From: Euryarchaeota archaeon UBA462
GTDB lineage: Archaea > Thermoplasmatota > Poseidoniia > Poseidoniales > Thalassarchaeaceae
DNA: 64,000 bases
Assembly (NCBI GenBank): GCA_002506755.1
Contig: DAYD01000021.1
Location: 29,452 to 93,451, forward strand
Direction: 5' to 3'
Below are positions 48,889 to 58,143 of this stretch, one piece after another. The notes under the pieces were generated by a model, which was not told the DNA's origin, ran no database searches, and saw only the letters and a list, made by a program, of their open reading frames with translations. Numbering within the stretch: the first letter of the stretch is position 1; the number at the start of each line of letters is the position of its first letter. The translations under genes and the position numbers were made by a program.

Positions 48889-51800
48889 ATGCGTCGCAAA
48901 CAAACAGCATTACTGATATCCCTGTTGATACTCTCTAGTCTGGCATTCATCTCACAAACAAGACCACAGTCACCAGTTTCATCAACTGATCCAAATTTGG
49001 CCGAAGGAACAGAATCGCCTGTTACTGATCAGGATGGCGATTTAATTCCAGACATTTACGAAGTTATTTTTGGAGAGGATTTCACTGTAGAATCAGAAAA
49101 TTACGAGGCATCGATAAAAGGCCTCAATCCATCCGATTCTACGGATAATTCCACCGATAATGACAAAGATGGATTAACCGCTCTCCAAGAATATTGCTGG
49201 CCTTATACTCTCGATAACTGCTTCGAGAACAGAGATGGCTTGACTGGGAAACCACCTGAAGACACTGCATCGGGACTTAGGGAATATCTAGATCCAAGAG
49301 TTTCTGATACAGATGGAGACGGTATTCCCGATGGATATGAGGTGTATATGTGCACCGAGGGTGGACTTTACAAGAGCGACCCAAATGATCCACTAAACCC
49401 GAATAATTTTTGGGAATGCAGATATTTTGACCCACTCGATCCAAGCGACAAAATGGCAGATTTCGATAGGTGCGAAGCAGACTTTAGCTGGGGGTGCGGG
49501 GATGGTTTTGATTTCAATGGCGATGGGTCAATAGATGAAGGGGAATTGTTCACTAACACCGAGGAATATCAGTTTGGAATTCCCGATGATTGGATAACTG
49601 AAAGGGATGGCCTATGGTGTTGGGGGACAATTCAGGGATTGGAGGAAAACTCCTGTCAGACCCTCTATGAGAGGCCCACAGGAGAATCTGGCTGGATGGG
49701 CACTGATCCCCGGTTCAGCGACTCTGATTACTTTTATTGGGATGAAATACAACCCTCACAGTTAGAAATACTGGGGGATGGCATTCCTGACGGGTGGGAA
49801 TCCCACCATGGCCTTGATCCATTAAATGCGAGCGATGCGATACTAGATAGCGACTTAGACGGTTGGGACCAAAATAGGGACGGAATCATTACCCAAGACG
49901 TCACTACTGGCACGTCACAATGGGGGGAGTCGTTCAGTAACTTCGAAGAATATCTTGTTGACTTTGATGATTCTAGTCATGTAACACCGGGACTAAGGGG
50001 CACGAAGCTCTACTCCCAGAGCGAGCAATTGATTTTCGATCATTCTACGGCCGTCAGTTTAGGGGATCCTGCGGTTCACTCAATAGTGCCAGACCAAGCT
50101 AGGGAGAGGCTCTTGGTTGGGACAAAATATGGAATTACGGCCATTGATCCATTTAGAGGCTATACTTCGGATTTTTATTTCTCGCCAGGTATTGAATTAA
50201 ACTCAATGATTTATCACGAAATTGGAGATTCTGATACTTTAGTTGTGGCCACTAATGTTGGGATTCACACGATACCCTTGGAGAACGGACTACCATTAAT
50301 GGAAGCTATGGAAACAAGAGAAATCGGTAGTATTAATGTTATTATGCCACTAAATTCGGAATCATCTCAAATCGACTTTCTATTTATGGGCGGTGAGAAT
50401 GTTTGGAGGTCACGATTAGCTCAAGACACCTCTTTAGAAAATTCCGAGATAACATTCCTCGAAACCCTCTCGTCAATGCTCCATGAGTCAAATGCAACTG
50501 TACTATCTGCAGGTCATGCTACTGTATTGGGAAGGACTCCATTGTTATTGATAGGGACTGATATTGGACTAATTGGGTGGAATACTACTGACGGACAAGA
50601 AGACTCATCAAGACCTTGGTGGATTTTCGATAGGATAACTGCCGAGGATTATGTGACTGAGAATATTCTAGATTCCAGGAAGACCTCTATGGTGAACACA
50701 ATATTCGTCGAGGAAACAAATCAAGGTTCCGATGTTGTTTGGTTGGGAACTGGGGGTGGCTTACATCAAGTAATCATGGACCTAATCATTTCTCAGCCTA
50801 AGGAGTCCTTCAACAATGAAAGGATGCTAAACATGGAAGGTCTAGTTTCTGGTGAAAATGAAATTCACTCCATATTGCCACAAGAGGGTATGATAGTCAT
50901 CGGCTCTCAGAACGGTACTTGGTGCTTGGAGGGAGGCGCGGATGGGATTCTCGGACCAGATAGAAATCAAACAACAATGCCCGGACTCGTCACATCTCTG
51001 GCAAAACTTGAGAGGAACGGAGAGGAGTGGGTTTTCGCTGGTATTTCTCCAGGCCGTTTCATGAATATTGCTCCCATGGACCCCCATTCCCATGACTCTG
51101 ATTTGGATGGGATGCCCGATGGTTGGGAATTTGCTTATGGTTTGGACCCAACAGATCCATTTGACGCTTCAAGAGACGCAGATGATGATGGTGTTTCAAT
51201 TGGTAATTCAGGTGCATTCGGTTTCGATCGTCTTTGGAGTAATCTAGACGAATACAGGTTTTCTGGGTCCTCATTTCTGGGCTTGAATGGAACCGATCCA
51301 AGGGTTTCTGATACTGACGGGGATGGTTTGTCTGATGGAGAGGAATACTGGGGTTGGTTCATAGAACCTTCAAATTTCGATTGTCATTATCTTAACGATG
51401 AATATGTCTGCAGTTCTGAAATTGGTCAATCAGCGGAGGATGTTCACATGGGAGGCTGGCTTGGCAGTGGTTCCAGTGGCGGTTCAGACCGTTCTACAGA
51501 CCCTACAAATCCAGATACTGATGGGGACGGAATGCCCGATGGGTGGGAGATCAAACACAGAAGATGGGTTGGTGATGTATACACTGGTGGAAATGAGTGG
51601 ACTCTAGATCCAAACGACCCAAACGATGCTACGGAAGATGCAGACGGGGATGGACTTTCTAACATATGTGAATACGAATGGGAACGGCTTCGAGAAGACT
51701 CGATTTCGAGTGGTATCAAATCGCATGGGGAATCTCCAAGATACATAGAAAATTGGACAGCTACAGATCCAAACAATAAGGACTCCGATTCGGACTCTTT

Positions 51801-54594
51801 GCCCGATGGATGGGAGGCAAGATATTCCTGTAATTGGCCTGCATCAAACTCGGGAATAAATCCGATGAACGGCTCAGACTCATTGAACAACCCTGATGGA
51901 GATGGTTTCGACTTCAATAGGAACGGTGTACTAGAATTGGAAGAATCTTTCGTAAATTGGCTGGAGTATCATATAAAGTCTGAGATAATCCTAACCAACT
52001 CAACCTTCACTGGTCAGAATTACCCACAAAACATGACAACTATGCTGGCACACAATTCTTGGGAAGGGCTCGCACAAAATCCATTCGGAACTATGACCGG
52101 AGCTAACTATCTATCACTATGGGAAGGCCTCCCAACAGAAGACATTGGATCCGCGGACCCACTCAATACTGACTCTGATAATGATGGTATGCCTGATGGT
52201 TGGGAGGTATTCCACTCAAGATGGAATCTATTCGATGCAGATTGGACGCTTAATCCAGTAAATGGGGGAGATGGCTTGGGTGATCCAGATCTTGATGGGA
52301 TGTCAAATTGGGCCGAATATAATGCAATAGACAGCTCTTCCAGCGAGACCGATCCTACCATATCATCTCCACAATTCTACTTGACGGCAGCCGCAGGGGC
52401 ACTTATTGAGACTCCATGGATAGGGGCAGAATCCGCTTTGTCCTTTGGACACTTTGTGTCGCCAGAGCAATTTGAAATTACTGGTAATTCCGGAGATCCA
52501 AATAATCCGGATACTGATGGCGATGGATTATTGGATGGGGTCGAGCTAATTTTCACAGCATGGAATTCCACTGATGGGGTTTGGACAATGAACCCCCTAG
52601 TTCCAAATGATGGGATTTATGACTCAGATGGAGATGGAATAAGGGACATTACAGAGCTGAATCTGACATCAAATCTTCCAATTAATGGGGAATCCTTTCC
52701 CTTTGGTGCACCAACTTTCGGTGACGAATCCAGACAAATTAATCAAATAGCATTTGAAAATAGAATTTACAGAATTTTGTTTAGTAAAGAGGGAAGGGCT
52801 GAAATCGCCATGGACCAATATTTAGAATGGAAATCAGGATTCCCTCCCAAGCCTATGCTACAAGCAATTTTTGGAATCACCGACCCTAATAATCCAGATA
52901 CTGATAGAGACGGTATGAGTGATGGGTACGAATACTGGTTTTCTGAATGGAACCTAGAAGAAAACAGCTGGACCATGAATCCTCTATCGGACACTGATGT
53001 AGATGTCGACTCTGACGAGGATTCATTCGATTGCAACGGAGACGGGGAAATAAGTGACTCAGAGTCTTTCGATAATTTGGCAGAATACGACTCAAAATGG
53101 TTTGGAAAGAGATTGGAGATAGGTAATTTTCCGAATGGTACAGAACCGGTTTCATATGGCCAAGATGCAGTTAATGCTCAAATGGAAGAGATTGGCTCAA
53201 ATGAGGAAGAAGCTTGGCGGCAACTTTACCAAATATTCTCCACCAAAAGTCCAGAGTCTTCTGACAAGGTAGGTTTAGTGAACCAATTCGACCCGGATAA
53301 CTTCAACAAGTCATTAATCGGAATTAGTGATCCAACCGATGATGATTCGGACAGGGATGGGATGCCCGATGGATGGGAATACTGCTTCTCTGTTTATGGC
53401 GAAATTTTGCCCGTCAATTCGTATAGATGGTCTCTAAATCCTGTTAATCCTCTTGATATCAACTATGATCCAGATGGCGATGGATGGTTAGATAGGGATA
53501 TACTCGACACCCCTGCTATACAAGGAGAATGGGAGAACAGGCAATTTAATAGTTATTCAGAAAACCAGCAGATAACCAACGGGGCAAGCTCCCTTTACTT
53601 CACCAACATCATGGAATTTGAAAACGGCACACTCCCACTAGAGTCAGATTCAGACTCGGACTCAATTGTAATGACTCCAGTTTTCCAATCGGGAGTAGTT
53701 GTGGAATATTTGCAAGATATGAGCCTTACAGACGGGAGAGAGCTGTTCAAATACGGGACAAACCCATTGGATAATGATACTGATGGCGATATGATGCCAG
53801 ATTTTTATGAATTTTACAGAGGTTGGAACGAAACCAATGATAATTGGTCCTCTTATCTCAAGATCCAAGTACAATGGTTCGAGGTAACTCCTGGAAATTG
53901 GAAACCTATTGATTTCTCCGATGGAATCATCACTAGGCCATTACTTGATTGGACTTGGTTTACTCATGACCCTACAGACCCAAATGATGCGATACTAGAT
54001 GCGGATAATGATGGAGAATGGGATTGCTCTGCAACCGAATGTGAATACATCCCTTACAATAACTTTCAGGAATACTATGCCGTAGTCAATACAACTCTTT
54101 CTTCACCCTCAAATGTTAGGGCAGCATCTCTTTATGATTGCTCAGGTTTTGATGTGGAGGAGTGGTGGCAACTTAGAGAGACTCTATTGGGAACTTGTTC
54201 TGGGACTAATTCGATTCTCTCTAACTACCTCAAAATAAACAAGATAAACGACCAAGACACCTTGTTCGCCTTGGTGGTAGATGATAATGACCTTAGTTAC
54301 CAGGGAGTGAATTCAAGCAATGACGTTATCCATCTTAATGGGGGATGGACAGATGAATACAATCGAGTTGCTGGCGACCAATTCCACATTCCCAATCAAG
54401 GTCTAGGGGAGTACGCCTTCGGTTGGTGGATTCTAGACATAGACGGAGATTTGATTGCCGATGGCACTGATCCTACAAAGTGGGATACAGATGGGGATTG
54501 GCTAAACGATTTCTTCGAAATTAACGATGACCTTCTTGATGGGGTGAGGGGCAACAGTGGATCGCCCATCAGGTACGACGATAGGACAACATGA
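48889..54594 (+). CDS. giant (1901 aa) secreted protein: TSP3-like Ca-binding repeats flanking a Reg_prop-like beta-propeller; no C-terminal anchor seen
   Basis: Signal peptide MRRKQTALLISLLILSSLAFISQT. There are more than 15 DxDxDG repeats, many in the form DGMPDGWE. The central region carries propeller-like blades. Confidence 0.75.
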   Translation: MRRKQTALLISLLILSSLAFISQTRPQSPVSSTDPNLAEGTESPVTDQDGDLIPDIYEVIFGEDFTVESENYEASIKGLNPSDSTDNSTDNDKDGLTALQEYCWPYTLDNCFENRDGLTGKPPEDTASGLREYLDPRVSDTDGDGIPDGYEVYMCTEGGLYKSDPNDPLNPNNFWECRYFDPLDPSDKMADFDRCEADFSWGCGDGFDFNGDGSIDEGELFTNTEEYQFGIPDDWITERDGLWCWGTIQGLEENSCQTLYERPTGESGWMGTDPRFSDSDYFYWDEIQPSQLEILGDGIPDGWESHHGLDPLNASDAILDSDLDGWDQNRDGIITQDVTTGTSQWGESFSNFEEYLVDFDDSSHVTPGLRGTKLYSQSEQLIFDHSTAVSLGDPAVHSIVPDQARERLLVGTKYGITAIDPFRGYTSDFYFSPGIELNSMIYHEIGDSDTLVVATNVGIHTIPLENGLPLMEAMETREIGSINVIMPLNSESSQIDFLFMGGENVWRSRLAQDTSLENSEITFLETLSSMLHESNATVLSAGHATVLGRTPLLLIGTDIGLIGWNTTDGQEDSSRPWWIFDRITAEDYVTENILDSRKTSMVNTIFVEETNQGSDVVWLGTGGGLHQVIMDLIISQPKESFNNERMLNMEGLVSGENEIHSILPQEGMIVIGSQNGTWCLEGGADGILGPDRNQTTMPGLVTSLAKLERNGEEWVFAGISPGRFMNIAPMDPHSHDSDLDGMPDGWEFAYGLDPTDPFDASRDADDDGVSIGNSGAFGFDRLWSNLDEYRFSGSSFLGLNGTDPRVSDTDGDGLSDGEEYWGWFIEPSNFDCHYLNDEYVCSSEIGQSAEDVHMGGWLGSGSSGGSDRSTDPTNPDTDGDGMPDGWEIKHRRWVGDVYTGGNEWTLDPNDPNDATEDADGDGLSNICEYEWERLREDSISSGIKSHGESPRYIENWTATDPNNKDSDSDSLPDGWEARYSCNWPASNSGINPMNGSDSLNNPDGDGFDFNRNGVLELEESFVNWLEYHIKSEIILTNSTFTGQNYPQNMTTMLAHNSWEGLAQNPFGTMTGANYLSLWEGLPTEDIGSADPLNTDSDNDGMPDGWEVFHSRWNLFDADWTLNPVNGGDGLGDPDLDGMSNWAEYNAIDSSSSETDPTISSPQFYLTAAAGALIETPWIGAESALSFGHFVSPEQFEITGNSGDPNNPDTDGDGLLDGVELIFTAWNSTDGVWTMNPLVPNDGIYDSDGDGIRDITELNLTSNLPINGESFPFGAPTFGDESRQINQIAFENRIYRILFSKEGRAEIAMDQYLEWKSGFPPKPMLQAIFGITDPNNPDTDRDGMSDGYEYWFSEWNLEENSWTMNPLSDTDVDVDSDEDSFDCNGDGEISDSESFDNLAEYDSKWFGKRLEIGNFPNGTEPVSYGQDAVNAQMEEIGSNEEEAWRQLYQIFSTKSPESSDKVGLVNQFDPDNFNKSLIGISDPTDDDSDRDGMPDGWEYCFSVYGEILPVNSYRWSLNPVNPLDINYDPDGDGWLDRDILDTPAIQGEWENRQFNSYSENQQITNGASSLYFTNIMEFENGTLPLESDSDSDSIVMTPVFQSGVVVEYLQDMSLTDGRELFKYGTNPLDNDTDGDMMPDFYEFYRGWNETNDNWSSYLKIQVQWFEVTPGNWKPIDFSDGIITRPLLDWTWFTHDPTDPNDAILDADNDGEWDCSATECEYIPYNNFQEYYAVVNTTLSSPSNVRAASLYDCSGFDVEEWWQLRETLLGTCSGTNSILSNYLKINKINDQDTLFALVVDDNDLSYQGVNSSNDVIHLNGGWTDEYNRVAGDQFHIPNQGLGEYAFGWWILDIDGDLIADGTDPTKWDTDGDWLNDFFEINDDLLDGVRGNSGSPIRYDDRTT
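49021..49890 (+). repeat. TSP3-like Asp-rich repeat cluster 1 of the 1901-aa ORF
   Basis: VTDQDGDLIPDIYE, DNDKDGLTALQEY, DTDGDGIPDGYE, FNGDGSIDEGE, GDGIPDGWESHHGLDP and DSDLDGWDQNRDG. Confidence 0.75.
50080..51060 (+). other. beta-propeller-like region (two-component regulator propeller / Reg_prop-like blades)
   Basis: Recurrent blade motifs are LLVGTKYGITAIDP, LVVATNVGIHTIPL, LLIGTDIGLIGWNT, VWLGTGGGLHQVIM and IVIGSQNGTWCLEG. Confidence 0.45.
51085..54530 (+). repeat. TSP3-like Asp-rich repeat cluster 2 of the 1901-aa ORF
   Basis: DSDLDGMPDGWEFAYGLDP (51094-51150), DTDGDGLSDGEEYW, DTDGDGMPDGWEIKH, DADGDGLSNICEY, DSDSDSLPDGWEARY, DSDNDGMPDGWEVFH, DPDLDGMSNWAEY, DTDGDGLLDGVE, DSDGDGIRDITE, DTDRDGMSDGYEYW, DSDRDGMPDGWEYCF, DPDGDGWLD, DTDGDMMPDFYEFY and DTDGDWLNDFFE. 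Confidence 0.8.
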
Positions 54595-54609
54595 GCTCAA
54601 TCATTTCAT

Positions 54610-55119
54610 TTGTCACCTCCGCCTGTCAAAGCCATGGAGGACGAATCGCGGAGCATCCCCAAACCACACGCGGAGACAAATGAGAAACTCCTCTTTCTTA
54701 GGGAAAACATGGTACACCTAACTGGACAACTCAGTATGCCGGTAATTGAGGTTGCCTTAGTAGTGTCCAAGTTTATCAGGATAGTATCGGACTCTCTCCG
54801 TGAAGCTGCAAATTCCACAGGAGAAAAAATCCCGGATAGCATCCTTTCTCCAATCCCCCTTAAAGCACCTGATATTGAAGCAAAGGATGACTCAGGAATT
54901 CACACATTTCCTTTGGACAATCTAATCGGTATGGTCGATCAAGACAGAATGGATATTTTAGACACATTAATTCGGAATGTAGTCAATGAGAGCGAGCTAG
55001 AGTTCATTCACACATTACAAGAACTTAGACAATGGGAATTCCAGATTAGAAATCAGCTCTCAATGGTCTCTGGACCAGGGGGGTTGTTCAGTCCTTTGGA
55101 TCTTCCAGAGGATTTCTAA
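54610..55119 (+). CDS. hypothetical protein (169 aa)
   Basis: ORF only. It starts at TTG 54610 or ATG 54634 (MEDESRS). No motif was recognised. It follows the 1901-aa gene by 15 nt. Confidence 0.4.
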   Translation: MSPPPVKAMEDESRSIPKPHAETNEKLLFLRENMVHLTGQLSMPVIEVALVVSKFIRIVSDSLREAANSTGEKIPDSILSPIPLKAPDIEAKDDSGIHTFPLDNLIGMVDQDRMDILDTLIRNVVNESELEFIHTLQELRQWEFQIRNQLSMVSGPGGLFSPLDLPEDF

Positions 55120-55451
55120 TCATACTCAGATCGTGAAGAAGCGACTATTCCGCTAGATACCCACCATGCATCAGCAATTGACCAGACGTACAGAACAGGC
55201 CAAAGAACTAGCGAGAGAATTAGCGGAAATTGTATAAGAAACCAGTCAAGCGCTTTTCTGTGCTGCCCATTGAAGTGCTGTCCTAGAAAAACACCTGGGA
55301 CCAATGCCAAAGCAACCGCAAACAGAGGCCTTATTGTCCCCCATGGTCCTATTCCTCCGCTGATTTCGTACCAAATAGCCGATATGACCCCTGCAGTGCT
55401 CGAAGAGAGGCTTTCTTCCCCCTCTACTTCAACGACATACTCTTCTGTCAC
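55116..55451 (-). CDS. small membrane protein, TM2-domain-like
   Basis: 111 aa with two or three hydrophobic helices. PGVFLGQHFNGQHRKALDWFLIQ and VWSIADAWWV resemble the TM2 pattern (G-x-H-R-F-Y-x-G and W-x-x-x-D). Confidence 0.4.
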   Translation of the reverse strand: MTEEYVVEVEGEESLSSSTAGVISAIWYEISGGIGPWGTIRPLFAVALALVPGVFLGQHFNGQHRKALDWFLIQFPLILSLVLWPVLYVWSIADAWWVSSGIVASSRSEYD

Positions 55452-55601
55452 GACCAGTGGAGAGAAGGTGGACAGAAGAATATGACGTACGATATGTATT
55501 TGAAAATAAGAAAATTATTATTTCATCTCATAACCACCATACTAAGGACACGCTTTACCGGATTCCTACCGAAATCCCCTACGGAACAGTATGTCAAGCG
55601 C

Positions 55602-56117
55602 TTAATCATCTAAGCTCATGGTTCTTCTGCCCTTACCGTCAAACCATTCTGCAGGGGCCCCCTCTTTTCCCATAGAGACCTCATCGCCTATGCTTCTGGG
55701 AATCGTACTCCTTCCTCCATGCCAAGTCTGTTGTTCCAGCCACAATCCTACATCTTCTCCCTCTAGCAAAACTTCGATAGTACCTCCGAGAGGTCTCTCC
55801 CCTAGAGTGAATGAGATTTTCCCTATCGATGCCGATTGCCGAGATATCGAGAAAGATGCCAGATTATCCGAAGAGTCCATAGCCATTGAATCCAATGCTG
55901 TGTCAAGAGTCCTATTGTCCCTGACTATTGACAGTAGAACGTCAAGAGAATTCGCAGCCCCAGATATCAAAAAAGACTCCCTAGTTGACGGAAACTCAGT
56001 TTGATCAATGATCAAATCTGAATTCCAACAAGGAAAAATCTCCTTTATCGATCTAACAACCTTGTCAGGGTCTTCATAAGTCTCCACGATCGATGATACA
56101 GTGATTTTTGGCTCCAT
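55602..56117 (-). CDS. hypothetical protein, possibly UPF0201 / predicted RNA-binding (exosome-associated) family
   Basis: The N-terminus KITVSSIVETYEDPDKVVRSIKEIFP resembles the conserved V-x-P-T-E-D-x-x-K-V-x-x-A-I-x-N-x-F-P start of archaeal UPF0201 proteins. This is recognition by eye only. Confidence 0.35.
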   Translation of the reverse strand: MEPKITVSSIVETYEDPDKVVRSIKEIFPCWNSDLIIDQTEFPSTRESFLISGAANSLDVLLSIVRDNRTLDTALDSMAMDSSDNLASFSISRQSASIGKISFTLGERPLGGTIEVLLEGEDVGLWLEQQTWHGGRSTIPRSIGDEVSMGKEGAPAEWFDGKGRRTMSLDD

Positions 56118-56208
56118 AATGCCACCAACAGAATTGGACTAATAGTGGTATTCTTTAACACTCGATCGTCGCGAACAATTCAAACCAAAATTTGGAAGGG
56201 GGACGTAT

Positions 56209-56949
56209 ATGGCAGAGCGTTCAGAGGCAATCACTGCCGCTCTAATTGTTCTCCCTAACATGTTTCTATTCTCATTTAGAATTGTCTCTTCTGAATTAAA
56301 TGAAGCCCTTTCAAACGATTTATTTTCTGAGTTAATGGCCCATTCAGTTGCAATCCTTATTGGAATCTTAATGGCTTGGAGGTATCGTTTTATTGATGAT
56401 CACGAATACAGGAGGTCAAAGACAATCAAGGGCCTCTCCAGGACATACAAACTTGAGGACAAAGGCCTATGGGAGAAGGGAGATTCAGCGATACATAGGC
56501 TGGAAGCTAGAGCTTACGCGGATTATAAGGGAAGAAGTGGCAAAACTGCTATTCAGAGGATGCAGAGCAGTATTGGGGCAATAAATCGTGAGGAAATAGA
56601 AGTGGAGGCTTCTCAAGATACTCAACCATATCAAATCAACATCGAAGGATTGGAAGACGAGTCAGATCGGTCAGAAAAGACTGAGAAAGGGACTCTATTT
56701 TCTAGAATAGCTGGATTCTTTGAAAAAGCCGTGGAAAGGTCTGCATCACGCAGACTTGATCGTCAGGTCAGGAATGAAAGCACAACTAAAAAAGATGAAT
56801 ACGAATATCCGGAATTAGAAAATAATTCCGATTGGGCCATTCCCAAGGAGGCCATTAACAGGCAGAAAGCCAAGCTATGTTTGCAGTGCTCAACATACAA
56901 TGATGCGGATACTAGCTACTGCTACACCTGCGGTTCTTACATCTCTTGA
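56209..56949 (+). CDS. membrane protein with C-terminal zinc ribbon
   Basis: Two N-terminal hydrophobic helices, a charged linker, then CLQCSTYNDADTSYCYTCGSYI (CxxC-x13-CxxC). An SD-like GGAAGGGGGA lies upstream of the ATG. Confidence 0.5.
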   Translation: MAERSEAITAALIVLPNMFLFSFRIVSSELNEALSNDLFSELMAHSVAILIGILMAWRYRFIDDHEYRRSKTIKGLSRTYKLEDKGLWEKGDSAIHRLEARAYADYKGRSGKTAIQRMQSSIGAINREEIEVEASQDTQPYQINIEGLEDESDRSEKTEKGTLFSRIAGFFEKAVERSASRRLDRQVRNESTTKKDEYEYPELENNSDWAIPKEAINRQKAKLCLQCSTYNDADTSYCYTCGSYIS

Positions 56950-56999
56950 ACGGGGAACGGTTGATAGGACCCCGTTATGAGCACAATATAGGTGAGGTG

Positions 57000-58142
57000 A
57001 TGGCCGAGAAGCGAGATTACTACGAGGTTCTTGGCGTGGAAAGGGGTGCATCAGAATCCGTGATCAAGAACTCCTTCAGATCTCTAGCTAGAAAATTCCA
57101 CCCGGACAAGAACCCCGGGGATGATGAGGCCGAAGCAAAATTCAAGGAAATTCAGGAGGCATACGCAATTCTTTCCAATCCACAGGAAAGGAAAAAGTAC
57201 GACACATATGGTCACGATAGGCCCGGAGGTTCGCCCTTTGGATCTAGGGGGTTCCAAGGCGTGGATATCAGCTTTGATGATCTATTTGGAGGGGGATTTG
57301 AATCTATATTCAGTCAGTTTTTTGGAGGATCCACGAATAATTCTACCAGAGGTTCAGATTTACTAATAAGGCATACAGTACCATTTCAAGCATCAATGGA
57401 TGGTATGGAAGACGAAATTGAGATAGAAGTCATGAAAAATTGTTCAAAATGCAATGGCTCTGGATCGAAGGAGAAAGGTGGATCCAGAACATGTCCATCA
57501 TGTGATGGAAGGGGAAGGATAGATCAGATTTCGATGGTTGGCCCTTTTAGGCAAAGGGTAAGGACAGAATGCTCCTCGTGCCGCGGTTCGGGTAGAATTG
57601 TCACTGACCCATGTAGTAAATGTAAGGGAGATGGAAGAGCACATCAGCCAATTAAGGTGAAATTTACAGTCAATCCTGGGGTGATGAATGGTACAAGATT
57701 AAGGATGCGTGGACAGGGAGAGTCATCATCGACATTAAATGGTGAAACCGGGGATCTATACATCGAAATTGATGTGGAACCCCATCCTTGGTTTGAAAGA
57801 GATGGTCCCGACCTATTGATGGCGCTGCCCCTAAGTTATGCTGACCTTGTACTTGGAACTGTAGTGGAGATTCCACACATAGATCATGAAATTCTCAAAA
57901 TTAAGGTACCCTCTGGGTCCCTACCGGGTGAAACAATTTCTGTGCATGGAAGAGGACTTCCAAGTAATAGGGGGATATCTAGACGAGGCTCAGTAACTGC
58001 GGTTTTAAAATTAGAGATCCCAAAAAAGCTGTCCAGATCAATGAAGAATAAGATCAAGCAGATTCGTGATGAGATGGACAAAGAACTCCCGTCTTTAGAA
58101 GATAGAATTAGTAATGATGCAAAATCACGAAGGAGAAATTAA
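57000..58142 (+). CDS. dnaJ: molecular chaperone DnaJ (type I Hsp40)
   Basis: The J domain has DYYEVLGVERGAS and HPDKNPGD. A G/F-rich linker follows, then four CxxCxGxG zinc-finger repeats (CSKCNGSG, CPSCDGRG, CSSCRGSG, CSKCKGDG). ATG 57000 is preceded by GGTGAGGTG. The track start at 56946 is an upstream TTG. Confidence 0.95.
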   Translation: MAEKRDYYEVLGVERGASESVIKNSFRSLARKFHPDKNPGDDEAEAKFKEIQEAYAILSNPQERKKYDTYGHDRPGGSPFGSRGFQGVDISFDDLFGGGFESIFSQFFGGSTNNSTRGSDLLIRHTVPFQASMDGMEDEIEIEVMKNCSKCNGSGSKEKGGSRTCPSCDGRGRIDQISMVGPFRQRVRTECSSCRGSGRIVTDPCSKCKGDGRAHQPIKVKFTVNPGVMNGTRLRMRGQGESSSTLNGETGDLYIEIDVEPHPWFERDGPDLLMALPLSYADLVLGTVVEIPHIDHEILKIKVPSGSLPGETISVHGRGLPSNRGISRRGSVTAVLKLEIPKKLSRSMKNKIKQIRDEMDKELPSLEDRISNDAKSRRRN

Positions 58143-58143
58143 T

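Noticed and set aside
57000-58142. dnaJ without adjacent dnaK/grpE as an orphan chaperone anomaly
   Set aside because: dnaK and grpE may simply lie outside the window. Split Hsp70 operons are common, so there is nothing in the sequence to pursue.
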